In this document: positions 49,580-51,065 of the stretch, piece after piece | How positions within the stretch are numbered: the stretch's first letter is position 1 | Layout of the letters: each line of letters begins with the position of its first letter | Assembly: GCF_018977255.1 (NCBI RefSeq) | Contig: NW_024705371.1 | Coordinates: 1 to 51,065, forward strand | Direction: 5' to 3' | Length of the DNA: 51,065 nucleotides | Source of the DNA: Callorhinchus milii | Taxonomy: Eukaryota | Translations under genes and position numbers: made by a program | Notes under the pieces: model-generated | Databases searched by the model: none | The model's input: the letters and a program-made list of their open reading frames with translations, nothing else | Told to the model about the DNA's origin: nothing

Positions 49580-49760
49580 TTTCACCTGATGATGCTAATT
49601 GTATTACTGGCGAAATGTCGGACTCGAATTGTAAATGTTGTGGATTTACTCTCCAACACACTGGTGTGCTGTACTAGTAACGAATTGGCATGTTCTGTTT
49701 ACGTGACAACCCTTACTCGTGGCGGATTTTAACGACACATTATATATTTACGCGATTATG
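49580..49760 (+). mobile_element. PLE family C terminal repeat with hammerhead motif (49586-49619)
   Basis: CTGATGA-TGCTA..TGGC-GAAAT-GTC followed by CTCGAATTGTAAAT...GTGGCGGATTTTAACGAC. Confidence 0.65.
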
Positions 49761-50941
49761 CATAACCCATTAATATTAATACATTATTTAACCTATGAAC
49801 TGCATACATTACAGTACATTAGCAACTAATTTACCTGGTGGTACCTGCTTGTATTGAACCAATGCTGCTTGAAAATTATACAATGGCAGATGTCGACGAT
49901 TGGAAGCGTAAAACAACTATTCGAGTTTGTCCGCTTATTTTATGACCTGCTCAGATCTTCGGGGACTCAATTCGCTACTTTACGCTCTGAACTCAGGGCG
50001 GCGTAAGAGTTTCTAGAGGCCAGCAGCGTCCTGTTAGTGGTCGTGTAAGCAGCATCACAGCCGTCTTTGCCTCCCAAGTCCGCACAGCAAACAGGGTAAT
50101 CGTTTAAGGCCGATCTGACCTAAGGGAGGCCCCAAGAAATGGTTTAGATTCGAGTTGCCGCTGTTTCTCCCCGTCAGAAATTAAATTGCCTTCAGGCCTC
50201 TTCATGTTACGTCTCAATGAGACTCTACTATCTATGCACATGAGCTAAAGGCGCGTCTGTCTGTGAGCGCCACACCGCCTTACTCGAGACTTTAGGTGTT
50301 ACTCTTGCCGTCATCTGCTCCTTTAACGGATGTAGAAAGTAAAACAAGTTGTATTGTGTTGAACTTCTTTCGACGTAGTCACCGGTGCTAATCGGAGTGT
50401 GCGGAGCAAGAACAACACTAAAACACAAAACGAACGCACGCGCATGTAGGCTGTGCTATAAACAATTACTTTTATTTTCCTATTCGGGAAATAACTATAC
50501 AGTACAGAAAATTATGAACACGCGGTACACCACCAGTGCCGTGTCGACTACCGCGTGTGCAGGCGGTGCAACTGCACGGGCCACACGAGCCGGGAGTGGC
50601 TAAAGTGCCACGCCACGTGGAGGAGAGGGGTAATTGGCAGGCTCCATTTTGTTTCTAGCACAAGGCCCAGAGACTCACGAGCACAGAGACCCAGAGACTC
50701 TCGCACAAAGACGCAGAGGAGACTCTTACAGATCGCCAGCGACTAGCAAAGACCCACACGAGACCAACAGACGCTGTACACGGAGGCCCTCACCTTACGC
50801 GGCAGCGAGTTCGTGAGCAGGGACGGCGCGACACCACGTGCTCAGTGCGCCAGTCACGTGCTCAGTGCGCCAGTCACGTGCGCCGAGTCACGTGGGGGCG
50901 GGCAGCCATCTTGCCTGGGGACAGTACTGCACTGTAACAGC

Positions 50942-51065
50942 GGGGAGAGGTGGCGCAGCGGTTAGCGCGGTGCTACGTACGAACCGGTGAACCGAGGTCG
51001 ATTACCCGAGTGACGATTATCAGAACCGGTCCAGGGCCTCCCCGAGCTCGACTTAGCCTCAAATG
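50942..51065 (+). mobile_element. tRNA-derived SINE (family A), truncated by the window end
   Basis: TGGCGCAGCGGTTAGCGC head and ATTATCAGAACCGGTCCAGGGCCTCCCCGAGCTCGACTTAGCCTCAAATG body. Confidence 0.75.

Noticed and set aside
50835..50895. E-box cluster (CACGTG x4) as an enhancer
   Set aside because: Explained by a short 20-bp tandem duplication; no other support.

Overview
Animal genomic DNA, probably a chordate or vertebrate given the V-domain SINEs and fish-like Tc1/hAT sequences; the taxon is an inference. The window is almost entirely interspersed repeat, and I see no convincing host protein-coding exon. Main contents: (1) an apparently intact autonomous Buster/SPIN-type hAT transposon (29417-33015; 16-bp TIRs, 8-bp TSD, open 620-aa transposase) inserted into a near full-length, decayed Penelope-like retroelement (PLE; RT plus GIY-YIG, minus strand). 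(2) A second, decayed hAT nested in another PLE copy. (3) About a dozen minimal hammerhead-ribozyme motifs from at least three PLE terminal-repeat families, including tiny TSD-flanked insertions of 79, 101 and 298 bp, two of them palindromic. (4) A Helitron Rep pseudogene and a tail-to-tail pair of DINE/HINE-like Helentron derivatives with central tandem repeats. (5) Two multi-copy tRNA-derived SINE families, L2 and RTE fragments, a Tc1 end, MITEs, a probable solo LTR and a 19-20 bp minisatellite. (6) An unexplained ~2 kb cassette (23650-25653) of four short, co-oriented, intronless, decayed ORFs (including an acidic one and an Arg-rich one) that resembles a fossil DNA virus or Maverick gene block. 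All alignments were done by eye; boundaries not supported by a TSD are approximate.
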